NCBI GenBank assembly: GCA_963833095.1
Contig: CAWHWQ010000003.1
Location: 64,001 to 128,000 of the forward strand
Reading direction: 5' to 3'
Length of the DNA: 64,000 nt
Source: Vulcanimicrobiota bacterium
GTDB taxonomy: Bacteria; Vulcanimicrobiota; Vulcanimicrobiia; Vulcanimicrobiales; Vulcanimicrobiaceae
The notes under the pieces were generated by a model. That model ran no database searches. It worked only from the letters and a program-made list of their open reading frames with translations, and was not told the DNA's origin. A program made the translations under genes and the position numbers. How positions within the stretch are numbered: the first letter of the stretch is position 1; each line of letters begins with the position of its first letter. Of this stretch, positions 23,692-33,947 are shown in pieces.

Positions 23692-24591
23692 CGTCGTCTT
23701 CGGCTATATCGGCATCACCGACGTGATCGACATCGTCGCGACGAGCGTGTTGATCTACTACTTGCTGCTCTTGATTCGCGGCACGCGCGCGGTGCAGATT
23801 CTCACCGGCATCTTCGTGCTGGTCGGGACTCTCGGCGTCTGCCAACATCTTGCATCTGTACTTGCTCGGCGCGATTCTGCAACTGGTCGTTCTTCGGCGC
23901 CGCGGTCACGCTGCCGATCGTCTTTCAGCCCGAGCTGCGTCGCGCGCTCGAACAGATCGGCCGCGGCGGCTTGTTCCGCATCGGAAACCGAGACCGACGA
24001 GGCGATTGGATGCGTCCGGAGGACAAGTCGATCGCCGACGCTGGCGCACGCCGCGTTTTTGCTCTCGCGCAATAAGCTGGGCGCGCTGATCGTCATCGAG
24101 CAGCAGAGCGGGTTCAAAGAGTTTGCGAAAGCGGGACGGCATTCTGGATGCGCGAACTTTCCGCCGAGTTGCTGCTGGCGATCTTCATGCCGCGTTCGCC
24201 GATGCACGACGGCGCGGTGATCGTGCGCGAGAACCTCGATCGAAGCAGCCGGCTGTTTTCTGCCGCTCGCCGAGCAGTCGCTGGCGGAACGGCGCGTCGG
24301 AACGCGCCACCGCGCCGCGCTCGGGCTGAGCGAGCAGACCGACGCCGTCGTCGTCGTCGTTTCGGAAGAGACCGGCGCGATCTCGATCGCGCGCGAGGGC
24401 AAGCTCACGCGCCCGGTCGAAGACGAGGCGCGTCTGGTGAAGATGTTGCTTGCCGATCACGCGACCGCCGCGCGCGCGAACGTCAGTTCGCGCGCAACGA
24501 CCTGGTCTCCCACTTGCGCTCGCGCTTGCTCCCGCGCCGCAAAGAACCGGAAGAACCTCGTGCAGATCATCCGCAAGAACTTCGGACTTAA
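23678..24591 (+). CDS. cdaA: Diadenylate cyclase CdaA (frameshifted)
   Basis: N-terminal TMs '[14 protein letters not shown]', '[13 protein letters not shown]', DAC motifs 'HDGA' and '[22 protein letters not shown]'. Confidence 0.92.
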
Positions 24592-25255
24592 AGTTCTCGC
24601 GCTCACGCTGGCGATCGTCGGGTGGGCGTACTTTCGGTACGCCACCAATCCGATCGTCGCCGCGGCGCGCTTCGACCAGCAGATCTCGGTGCCGATCTAC
24701 CGCGGTGAATTTGCCGGTCGGCTACATCGCGCATTTCACCGATAAGGAAGCCGTGGTGACGGTCGCGGCCAAGCGCGGCGAAGCCGCCGATAAAGCCCGA
24801 CGAAATCAAGGCCGTGCTGGACCTGCAGAGCAAGGGCGCGGGCGTCTACAACGTGCCGATCGAACTGGTCGCGCCGGACGTCGTCGTGCAGAGTTTGAGC
24901 CCGGCGTCGGTGACGCTTGACGATCGAAAAGCATCGATCAGCGCACGTTTCCCGCTCGCAATGCACTACGTGGGGACCGCAACCGCCGGCTTGGTCGTCA
25001 AGAGCAATCCGCAACTGCAAGCCGGCGCGTCGTGACCGGTGCAGCGGCCCCTCAGACGCGCTCTCGCAGGTCGCGGACGTCCGCGTCGACATCGCGATGC
25101 CGCCAAGCGCCGAAGACGCTCGACGCGATGGTCCGGCCGGTTGCCGGTTGAACGCGCTGCGGCGCGAAATCGCCGGGCTGCGAGGTCGCGCCCGATCTGG
25201 TCCGCGTGCAGGACGCAGTTCGTGCACCGGCACGGGCGCGAAGACGCCGAAGTGA
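24560..25255 (+). CDS. cdaR: CdaR/YbbR-like regulator of CdaA (frameshifted)
   Basis: '[16 protein letters not shown]' N-terminal TM; YbbR-like 'IKAVLDL..G.YNVP', 'SGP'; position between cdaA and glmM. Confidence 0.75.
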
Positions 25256-26641
25256 GAGCCCATTTCGGAACCGACGGCGTTCGCGGCGTCGCCAACGCCG
25301 AGCTCACGCCGGAGCTGGCGTTTGCCATCGGGCGCGCCGGCGCGACGGTCGCTCGCGCATGAAAGCGAGCGGCCATCGAGCGCCGATCGTCGTCGGTCGC
25401 GACACGCGCCTCTCCGGCACGATGCTCGAGGCGGCGATCGTCGCCGGGCATCACCTCGGTCGGCCGCGACGTCGTGCCGCTCGGCATCGTGCCGACGCCG
25501 GCGGTCGCGTGCGTGACGCGTCGCGAAGGCGCGGCCGCCGGCGTCATGATCAGCGCGTCGCACAATCCGATCGCCGACAACGGAATCAAGTTTTTCGGAC
25601 CCGACGGATTCAAGCTCTCCGACGACGTCGAGCGAGAGATCGAATCGCTGCTGGACGATCGCGAGGACCTGCCGCGTCCGATCGGAACCGAGGTCGGCGT
25701 CGCGCGCATCGCGCAGAACCTCGGCAAGCACTACTACGACGAACTCTACGAGCAGCGGCGCTGAAGCTCGACGGCTTGCACGTCGTCGTCGATGGCGCGT
25801 ACGGCGCCGCGTACGCGATCGCGCCGTATGCGTTGCGCAAACTCGGCGCGACGGTGATCGAGATCAACTGCGAGAACGACGGCGCGCGCATCAACGTCGA
25901 TTGCGGCGCGACCGACCTTCGGCCGCTGCAAGCCGCGGTCGCGCGAGCGCATCGACGCGCGGCGAGCGCCGCGTCGTCGGCGTCGCGTTCGACGGCGATG
26001 CGGATCGCGCGCTGTTCGTCGACGAAACCGGCGCGATCGGTGAGCGGCGATCACGTGATGTACGCGATCGGCTGCGACGTTGCACGACGCGCGGCGAGCT
26101 TACGCGGCGAACGCATCGTCGGCACGGTAATGAGCAATATCGGCTTCGAGCGCGCGCTCGCAGCGACGCGGCATCGCGCTCGATGCGCGCGGCGGTCGGC
26201 GACCGCTACGTGCTCGAACGCATGCGCGCCGGCGGTTACGTGCTGGGCGGCGAGCAGTCCGGACACATCATCGATTTGCGCCGCAACACCACCGGCGACG
26301 GTCCGATGACGGCGGTGACGCTCTTTGGGATCGTCGCCGCGAGCGGAAGCGCACGCTGCACGAACTGGTGGGCGACGTCGTGAGTCGCTCCGCAGATACT
26401 GGTCAACGTGCGCACGCCGCATAAGGACGTGCTTGGAGGCGAGGCCGTGCGGGACGGCGATCGCCGAGGCCGAGCGCGGCTGGCGGGTGCCGGCACGGCT
26501 CTGATCCGCCCTTCGGGAACCGAGCCGCTGATTCGCGTCATGGCCGAGGGGGACGACCGCCAGACCGTCGAGGGATCGGCCGCGCGGAGTCGGCTCGCCG
26601 GATCGAGAAGGAACCGCGCGCGCTTTAAACCTAAAATCTGA
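25252..26641 (+). CDS. glmM: Phosphoglucosamine mutase (frameshifted)
   Basis: 'FGTDGVRG', 'GRDTRLSG', 'SASHNP..DNGIKFF', 'FDGDADR', 'GGEQSGH', 'RPSGTEP'. Confidence 0.93.
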
Positions 26642-26710
26642 CGGAGACGTCGAGCCATGGTAACCAAGAGGCCCATCGCGGCTATCTCGAGGACACTACG
26701 CCTGCACAAG

Positions 26711-26838
26711 ATCACTGAGTCCGGTGGCATTCCCGGAGCGGGGGATATCTAGGTAGGGGTGAATGAGCCGGTCGGCTCTAGGGCGATCTTTCCCGCCCGA
26801 ACCCGTCAACTAACCTCGCAAGTGTCGTGAAAGAGGAG
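26711..26838 (+). promoter_or_regulatory. Cyclic di-AMP riboswitch (ydaO/yuaA class)
   Basis: CACTGAGTCC..GGAGCGGGGGA..GGGGTGAAT..TAGGGC..CCCGAACCCGTCAACTAACCTCGCAAGTG, followed by GAGGAG RBS; upstream of a cell-wall hydrolase, the typical target. Confidence 0.9.
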
Positions 26839-26845
26839 CCGTTTC

Positions 26846-27489
26846 TTGCGCCATGCGTTAGCCATCGGGGCATTTGCCCTGTCGATCTGGCTTCGTCTGC
26901 GATCGCCAAAGCCGAGACCACACGACCAACCGATCAATATTACCGCCCTCGTACTGACGAACGTGCAGCGCGCTGACCAGCCCGGACGTCGCCGAGTGGA
27001 CGTCCCATCTCATGGTCATCACGAAATCGCCGCGCGGCATCAGAACGGCAGTCGGCCGTTTTGCCGGCGGCGTTCTCGCGCGAACGTCCAAGCTGGCAAC
27101 CAGCAACTGACCCGCAGCGCGCTGCGCTTCCTGGGGACGCCGTACGTCTTCGGGGGCAACAGCACGTACGGGTTCGATTGCTCGGCCTACGTCCAGCACG
27201 TCTTTGCGATGCTCGGCATCAGCTTGCCGCGCACCGCCGACGCGCAGTACGACGTCGGCCATCCGCGCCGTCGGCGGCCCGAGCCCGGGCGATCTGGTGT
27301 TCTTCCAGACCTACACGGACGGCGTCGTCGCACGTCGGGATCTATCTCGGCAACGGCAAGTTCGTCCATGCGAGCTCGAGCCACGGCGTGATGGTGTCCA
27401 GCCTTTCGGACTCCTATTGGCACGCGCGGTTCATTGGAGCCAAGCGTTTCATTAGCACCAAGCACCTGGTCGCCAAAACCGTAAATTAA
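26846..27489 (+). CDS. NlpC/P60 (C40) peptidoglycan endopeptidase (frameshifted)
   Basis: '[15 protein letters not shown]', 'LPRTA..Q', 'PGDLVFF', '[17 protein letters not shown]'. Confidence 0.9.
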
Positions 27490-27871
27490 TAGCCCGACGG
27501 AACGCGCTGCGGCGGAATCGCGCAGCGCATCACTGGCGTACCTCTTCTGGCCGACGGCGCTCATCGAGCAGATCACGCCGCGCCCCGAGACGTCGAGCTG
27601 GTTCCGTTTTCACATGCGGCAAGCCCTTGGGTTCGGCATCTTGTCGAGCGTCATCGGGCTTGCCGCTTTCCTGTGGCCCCTGATCTTGAGCCTGCTGGTG
27701 AGCAACGTCGTCGCGACCCTGTGGATCTACGCGATTGCGATGCTGGCGGATCTTGCCCTCTTGGTCTTATGGGTGCTCCTCGCGGTACGCTATAGTCAGC
27801 GGGCGGGGCGGGGCGAGCTCTTCGACGTGCCCTGGGTCGCGCGCCTGACAGGGACCTCGGTCCAAAAGTAG
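27485..27871 (+). CDS. Small membrane protein (DUF4870-like); start uncertain (first ATG at 27614)
   Basis: Frame open from 27485: '[18 protein letters not shown]', hydrophobic helices, 'GELFDVPWV'. Confidence 0.6.
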   Translation: MNSPTERAAAESRSASLAYLFWPTALIEQITPRPETSSWFRFHMRQALGFGILSSVIGLAAFLWPLILSLLVSNVVATLWIYAIAMLADLALLVLWVLLAVRYSQRAGRGELFDVPWVARLTGTSVQK

Positions 27872-27885
27872 TATTCAGGGCCGTC

Positions 27886-28323
27886 GAGCCATGGGGTCGC
27901 CGCACGAAGCGGCGACAAAATTGCAGCACAGGATGTGCGTGCCCGCGCGGTAGCGAGGGAGCCATGGGGTCGCCGCACGAAGCGGCGACAAAATTGCAGC
28001 ACAGGATGTGCGTGCCCGCGCGGTAGCGAGGGAGCCATGGGGTCGCCGCACGAAGCGGCGACAAAATTGCAGCACAGGATGTGCGTGCCCGCGCGGTAGC
28101 GAGGGAGCCATGGGGTCGCCGCACGAAGCGGCGACAAAATTGCAGCACAGGATGTGCGTGCCCGCGCGGTAGCGAGGGAGCCATGGGGTCGCCGCACGAA
28201 GCGGCGACAAAATTGCAGCACAGGATGTGCGTGCCCGCGCGGTAGCGAGGGAGCCATGGGGTCGCCGCACGAAGCGGCGACAAAATTGCAGCACAGGATG
28301 TGCGTGCCCGCGCGGTAGCGAGG
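27886..28323 (+). repeat. Six identical tandem 73-bp repeats immediately 5' of tRNA-Gln
   Basis: Unit GAGCCATGGGGTCGCCGCACGAAGCGGCGACAAAATTGCAGCACAGGATGTGCGTGCCCGCGCGGTAGCGAGG starting at 27886, 27959, 28032, 28105, 28178, 28251. Confidence 0.97.
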
Positions 28324-28329
28324 GAGCAA

Positions 28330-28401
28330 TGGGGTGTCGCCAAGCGGTAAGGCAGCGGGCTTTGAATCCGCCATTCGTTGGTTCGAATCCAGCCACCCCA
28401 G
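28330..28401 (+). tRNA. tRNA-Gln (anticodon TTG), CCA not encoded
   Basis: Acceptor TGGGGTG/CACCCCA, D-arm GCCAAGCGGTAAGGC, anticodon arm GCGGG-CTTTGAA-TCCGC, T-arm GTTGG-TTCGAAT-CCAGC. Confidence 0.95.
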
Positions 28402-28444
28402 AGAAAGCCTCAGCCCGTCCTTGAGACGGGCTGAGGCTTTCTCT
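28400..28444 (+). terminator. Perfect 20-bp hairpin after the tRNA (terminator-like)
   Basis: AGAGAAAGCCTCAGCCCGTC-CTTGA-GACGGGCTGAGGCTTTCTCT. Confidence 0.7.
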
Positions 28445-28534
28445 CTTTGATATGGGGATGAGGACCAACGAAGTTGGCGCCGGCAGGATGCCGGTGGTGG
28501 GAACGCAGCGACAGGATGTCGCGGCGGCGTTCCC

Positions 28535-28586
28535 GTTCGAATCCAGCCACCCCAGAGAAAGCCTCAGCCCGTCCTTGAGACGGGCT
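28535..28586 (+). repeat. 52-bp direct repeat of tRNA-Gln 3' end and flank (copy of 28381-28432), att-like
   Basis: GTTCGAATCCAGCCACCCCAGAGAAAGCCTCAGCCCGTCCTTGAGACGGGCT present twice, 154 bp apart. Confidence 0.93.
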
Positions 28587-28810
28587 CCGCAGTTGGCGGA
28601 AAGCTGGGCGATCTACGTTCTCATAGACCGAGTCGACGAAAACGATTTAACCGGGAACGATGCAGCGAAGGCATTCACCTTTATCGAGCCGCTGTTGCCA
28701 ACAACGGGGTAACTTCCGGTGCAGGCGTGCATCGGTTGCCAACGGGATTTGAGCAGCACAGACGAGGGGCGGCTCTGGTGAGCGGCCTGGCTATCGAATC
28801 GGAGAAAGTT

Positions 28811-29050
28811 TTAGCGGCGGCGGGGCTTTTCCAGTTTTGCTACGCGTTCATCGAGCGATGCGAATCCGTCGATAACGCGCACCTCAACCCGGAATAGACG
28901 ATCCTCAACGCGGTCGAGTCGAAATTCAACGCGGTCGAGGCGCTCATCAATGCGATCGAGCCGTCCATCCACGCGCGTGAAGCCCGCGCCCACGGCGCCT
29001 GCCAGATCGGCGATCGCGCCGGAGAGTTGATTGTACTGAGCGTCTTCCAT
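28811..29050 (-). CDS. Small coiled-coil protein with heptad repeats
   Basis: 'LDRIDER-LDRVEFR-LDRVEDR-LFRVEVR'. Confidence 0.65.
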   Translation of the reverse strand: MEDAQYNQLSGAIADLAGAVGAGFTRVDGRLDRIDERLDRVEFRLDRVEDRLFRVEVRVIDGFASLDERVAKLEKPRRR

Positions 29051-29104
29051 TTGCCCCACGGTAGGCGGGCTTCGTTGCCGCGATGTCGCGGCCTTGTGGA
29101 CAAA

Positions 29105-29773
29105 TCAGCGGGCGCGGGTTTTTAGCGCTTCGATAACGGCTTTGGCGGTGCTGCCGCTAGACTGCGGGTTCTGACCTGTAATCCACGTCCCGTCGACTTC
29201 GATGTGATCGGTGAAGTTTGCACCGGTAACGACGTTTGCGCCCTGCTCGCGCAATTTCGATTCGAGTAAGAACGGCATCAGCGCGTCGAGCTTCACCGCG
29301 CGTTCTTCGTCGTCGGTGAAGCAGGTGATGCGCTTGCCCGCGACCAGCGTTTCGGCTTCGCCCGTACGAATTGCGTCGACGAAGGCCGCCGGGCCGTGAC
29401 ACACTGCCGCGATGATCTTGCCTTGCGCATCGAATTCGCTCAGCATCGTTTTGAGCGGGTCGAAGCTCGCAAGATCGAACATCGTGCCGTGTCCGCCCGG
29501 AATAAACACAGCGTCGTAATCTTCCGCATCGCCCGCTTCGCGGAGCGTTATCGTCAGGTCTAATTCTTTGCGCGCGGGATCGTTGGGATCGGAGGCTTCG
29601 AGACTGCGCGGGTCGATCGGCACCTTGCCGCCATGCGGCGTGACGGTTACGACCTCAAACCCGGCATCGCGAAATGCGTGCCATGGGATGCTGTACTCTT
29701 CGAGCCATAAGCCGGTTGGATGCTCGGCGTCGATCTGCGAGTGCCCGGTCACGATCATTAAAATTTTCGGCAT
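29105..29773 (-). CDS. DJ-1/PfpI family (Hsp31/glyoxalase III-like) protein
   Basis: 'TGLWLEE', 'IDPRS', 'FIPGGHG.MFDL', 'AVCHGP', 'ITGQNPQS'. Confidence 0.9.
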   Translation of the reverse strand: MPKILMIVTGHSQIDAEHPTGLWLEEYSIPWHAFRDAGFEVVTVTPHGGKVPIDPRSLEASDPNDPARKELDLTITLREAGDAEDYDAVFIPGGHGTMFDLASFDPLKTMLSEFDAQGKIIAAVCHGPAAFVDAIRTGEAETLVAGKRITCFTDDEERAVKLDALMPFLLESKLREQGANVVTGANFTDHIEVDGTWITGQNPQSSGSTAKAVIEALKTRAR

Positions 29774-29865
29774 AGTACCGACCATAGTACCCGAAAAGCA
29801 GGCCCGAGGAGTGCCGGAATCACGACATAAAGGGACCGACCGCCGGCAAGCCCAATCCGCGACGA

Positions 29866-32800
29866 ATGTCGATTGCACGTACGTTCGCACTCGCGGCCTT
29901 GCTATTGGGCGTGTCCTTTGTACCTGCCCGTGCCGCCGATCCGCTGATTCTTCAAAGTCCGACCGTCAGCCGAACGCAGATCGCGTTCGTTTACGGCGGC
30001 GACATCTGGGTGGTTTCGCATGAGGGCGGGGTAGCGCGGCGTCTGGTGACCGGATTCGGTCTCAACGGCGCGCCGTATTTCTCGCCTGACGGGTCGACGA
30101 TCGCGTTCAGCGCGAACTACGACGGCAGTACGAACGTCTACACCGTTTCCGCGTCGGGCGGCGAGCCGGAGCGACTCACTTACCACCCCGGCGCCGACGT
30201 CGTGACGGGCTGGACACCTGACGGCAGCAAGATTCTTTTTGCGTCGCACCGCGAGAGCCAGAACCGATGCGACGCAACTCTACGAAATTCCCAAAGGCGG
30301 CGGCATCCCGGCGATGCTGCCGCTGCCCGACGCAACCACCGCCTCCTTTTCGCCCGACGGTACCCACTTCGCGTACGTGCCGAACAGCCAATGGGAGTGG
30401 TACTGGCAGGGCTATCGCGGCGGACAAACGACACCGATTTGGATCGCGAATCTCGCCGATTCGTCGGTCATACCGATTCCACGAAATAATTCCAACGACC
30501 GTTTCCCGATGTGGATCGGTCACGAGATCTATTTCTTTCCGATCGCGGCGGACACGTTCACGCTGTACGCCTACGATCCGCAGACGCGCGCCTCGACGCA
30601 GCTCATCGAGAACCCGCATGGCTTTGACATCGTCTCGGCGTCGGCGAACAACGGCGAGATCGTCTACTCGAAATTCGATTCGATCCATCTCTATCGATCC
30701 GTCGTCGCGCACCGATCGCGAAGTGCCAATGACAATTGCCGCCGACATGCCCGATTTGCGTCCGCAGTGGGTTCCGGTCGCGAATCAAATTCAGAATGCC
30801 GCGATCTCGCCGACCGGCGTGCGCGCGGTTTTCGAAGCGCACGGCGACATCCTCACCGTCCCGGTCGAAAACGGTCGACGTTCGCAATCTCACACAGACG
30901 TCCGGGCATCATGGAGCGCGACCCGGCGTGGTCGCCCGACGGCAAGTGGATCGCGTATTTCTCGGATGCGTGCGGCGAGTACACGCTGCGCTTAAGGGAT
31001 CAGAAGGCCTGTTGCCCGAGCGCGTCTATCACACTCGAACCGAATCCGTCGTTTTACTACTCGCCGACCTGGTCGCCGGACAGCAAGAAGATCGCCTACA
31101 GCGATAAGCACTCGGCTATCTGTACTACATCGACTAAGCGCAAGAGCATCCGCAAGGCGGTCAAGTTCGCGCAGCAGCGCCTACGAGGTTTTCGGCCAGA
31201 ACACGTTCGGCGCGGTCATGGTCGCCGGACAGCCGATATATTGCCTATCAGCCGAGGAACTCACGAGCTTCATCCACGCGATCTTCATCTACGATACGCA
31301 GGACGGCCAAGCGCACCAGATCACCGACGGCATGAGCGATGCTACCAGCCCGCCTTCGATAAGAATCCGGAAAGTACCTGTACTTCCTTGCGAGCACCAA
31401 TACCGGCTTCACCGAGTACGGGCTCGACATGGAGAGCGACGAGCGCCCGACCTCGAGCAGCGTGTATGCAGCGTCCTGCCAAAAGCGATGCATCGCCGGT
31501 AGCGCCGCAAAGCGATGACGAACCGGTCACCAGCGACGAGCCGGTGAGCGGACCGCCGGCGGCAAGCACGACACCCAAGCCGGCAACCCGCCCGACGGCC
31601 GCGACATCAAAGATGCCGGCGATCGATTTCGACGAAATCGGTCAGCGCATCGTCTCGCTTGCCGATTCCCTCGGCGAACTACGCCGGCGTCGTGTCGGCA
31701 ACGGCGGGCACGATCTTCCTCGGCGCAGGCGCCGCTGGTGAGCGTCGATCCGTTGCCGCCGACGTTTACGATTTTTCGGTACGACAATGCTTCGCGAAAG
31801 GTGATGCCGCTATGCCGACGGCGTGAGCGCATTCGCCGGCGTCTCGTCTCGACGGGAAGAAAATGCTGATCGCGCGGGGCCGCTTCGTTCCGCAGTGGTC
31901 GATCGTGCCCACACAGCTTCCGGTTCCGCCGCCGCCCGGTTTGGGTGCGCTAGCAACGAGCGGACTCGAAGTGCGCAGCGTGCCGCGCGAAGAGTGGGCG
32001 CAGATGTTTCGCGAAACGTGGCGCATCGAGCGCTACTGGTTCTACGATCCGCACTATCACGGTCTCGACATCGGCGCCGCGGAAAAACGATTCGCGGCGT
32101 TCTTGCCGGGACTCGCTTCGCGGTCGGACTTCACCTATCTCACCCAGCAGATGATCGGGTATCTTTCGGTCGGGCATCTGTGGGTCTATCCGGGTGTCGC
32201 GCCGCCGAAAACCGCATCACGTGAACGTCGGCCTACTCGGCGCCGACTACACCGTGATCACAATGGCATTCCGCTTCGCCAAAATCTACAACGGTGAAAA
32301 TTGGAATCCGCAGCTGCACGCGCCGCTGACACAACCCGGCGTGAACGTGCACGTCGGTGACTACTTGCTTGCAGTCAACGGCTATCCCGTGCACGCGGAT
32401 CGCGAGGTCTCCGCCGACTTCCAAGAAACCGCCGGGAAGCAAACCACGATCACGGTCGGCCTCCAATGCCGAGCGGAGCGGCTCGCGCAACGTCGTCGTC
32501 GTGCCGCTTGCCGAGCGAAGCGGCCTTGCGCAACCTTGCGTGGATCGAACACAACCGCCGAGAAGTCGATCGCCTGAGCGGCGGCAAGCTCGGCTACGTC
32601 TACATGCCCGATACGGCGTACGGCGGGTTCACCAATTTCAATCGCTACTTCTTCGCGCAGGTCGGCAAACAAGGCATCGTCCTCGACGAACGCTACAACC
32701 ACGGCGGCCAAATCGCCGACTACGTGATCGACGTGCTCAGCCGCAAGCGACCGGCGATCATCAAAGGACGCGACGGGCATGCCGTACACCGATCCGCCGC

Positions 32801-33217
32801 TGGCGATCTTCGGGCCTAAGGTGATGATCATCAATCAGTACGCGGGCTCGGGCGGCGACGCGATGCCGTGGCTTTTCGAAAAGGCCGAACCTCGGTCCGC
32901 TCGTCGGCGTGCGGACCTGGGGCGGGCTCGTCGGCATCGGCGGTTATCCGACCCTGATGGACGGCGGCAGCGTCATGGCGCCGCGCGTGGCGATCGGCGG
33001 TCTTCACGGCCAGTGGGAGGTCGAGGGCCACGGCATTGCGCCGGACATCGAGGTGCAGCAAGATCCCAAACTCGTGCGCGAAGGCCACGATCCGCAACTC
33101 GAAGCCGCGGTCGCAACCGCGATGAAAGAGCTACGCGAGCATCCGATTCCGCACTATACGCCCCCGGCATTTCCGGATCACCATCCGGTCTTGCCGCCGA
33201 TCGTCCAAAAATCGTAG
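29866..33217 (+). CDS. Tricorn protease homologue (S41 peptidase, PD40 propellers, PDZ); many frameshifts
   Basis: 'IAFVYGGDIW', repeated 'FSPDG/WSPDG', 'YRGG', 'DERYNHGG', 'AGSGGD', 'RTWGGLVGI', 'EGHGIAPDIEV', 'DPQLEAA'. Confidence 0.9.
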
Positions 33218-33942
33218 GTGAGCTCGGGATCGGTGAAATAGGCGTCGGGTATGGAGAAGAAGCCGTTCTTCGCATAAGCGCTTCCCAGCGAATTGCGCGC
33301 GATGAACGTCTTTTTGGCGCTGTCGTAGCCGACGGCGATCAGCGCGTGGCCGCCGAACAGCGTGTCGGTCTTTCGCGGAAGGCGCAGGTATGCGGTTCGC
33401 GCCGCCTGCGTGAACGGTTCCTCGTAGGCTTGGATGCCAAAGATGAACGCGCTTCCCTGGGCGAGCGCCGCGCGCAGCGGGTCAAGCTCCTGAGCAATGC
33501 GGTGGTAACGGATCGGGCGAATCAGAGCGTCGCTGTAGCAGGCGCGCAAAGGACGCGTGGTGACCGCATCCTTGCGGTAGGGCCACTGCCGCTCCGGACA
33601 CGCGCCGTGGCGCGCGAGCGCTTTGATCGCGATACGAATCGTGGTGCCGCAATCCTTGCGCTGCGTCTTGGAGAACGCGCGCGCGTTGTAGTACATAAAG
33701 AGACGCGACAGAGGCGCCATTGGCTCGTCGAGCTCATTAGCGATCAGGGTCATCGCCGAAGCGAGGGCGTTGGCACTGCAGCTCTGGATGCGGTACTGTT
33801 GGTAGACTTTGCCGCAAAACTGCGAAAGATCGGCCAGTCGCGGAAGCCGCTCGAGCTTCGGGACAAAGCGCCGATCGCGCGAATCGGGCTCGTCACGATA
33901 GCCGCCGGGATGAAATTGCAACGCTGCCATGAACCGCTCCAT
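33178..33942 (-). CDS. C1 (papain-like) cysteine peptidase
   Basis: 'QQYRIQSCSANA', 'SRLFMYY', 'GGHALIAVGYD', 'RNSLG', 'DFWTI'. Confidence 0.85.
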   Translation of the reverse strand: MERFMAALQFHPGGYRDEPDSRDRRFVPKLERLPRLADLSQFCGKVYQQYRIQSCSANALASAMTLIANELDEPMAPLSRLFMYYNARAFSKTQRKDCGTTIRIAIKALARHGACPERQWPYRKDAVTTRPLRACYSDALIRPIRYHRIAQELDPLRAALAQGSAFIFGIQAYEEPFTQAARTAYLRLPRKTDTLFGGHALIAVGYDSAKKTFIARNSLGSAYAKNGFFSIPDAYFTDPELTYDFWTIGGKTGW

Positions 33943-33947
33943 TCGGT

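Noticed and set aside
27886..28323. CRISPR array
   Set aside because: Units are fully identical with no variable spacers, and there are no cas genes in the window
27651..28468. Long repetitive ORFs on the minus strand over the array
   Set aside because: By-products of a 73-bp repeat with no minus-strand stop codons; they lie antisense to the tRNA and the membrane-protein gene
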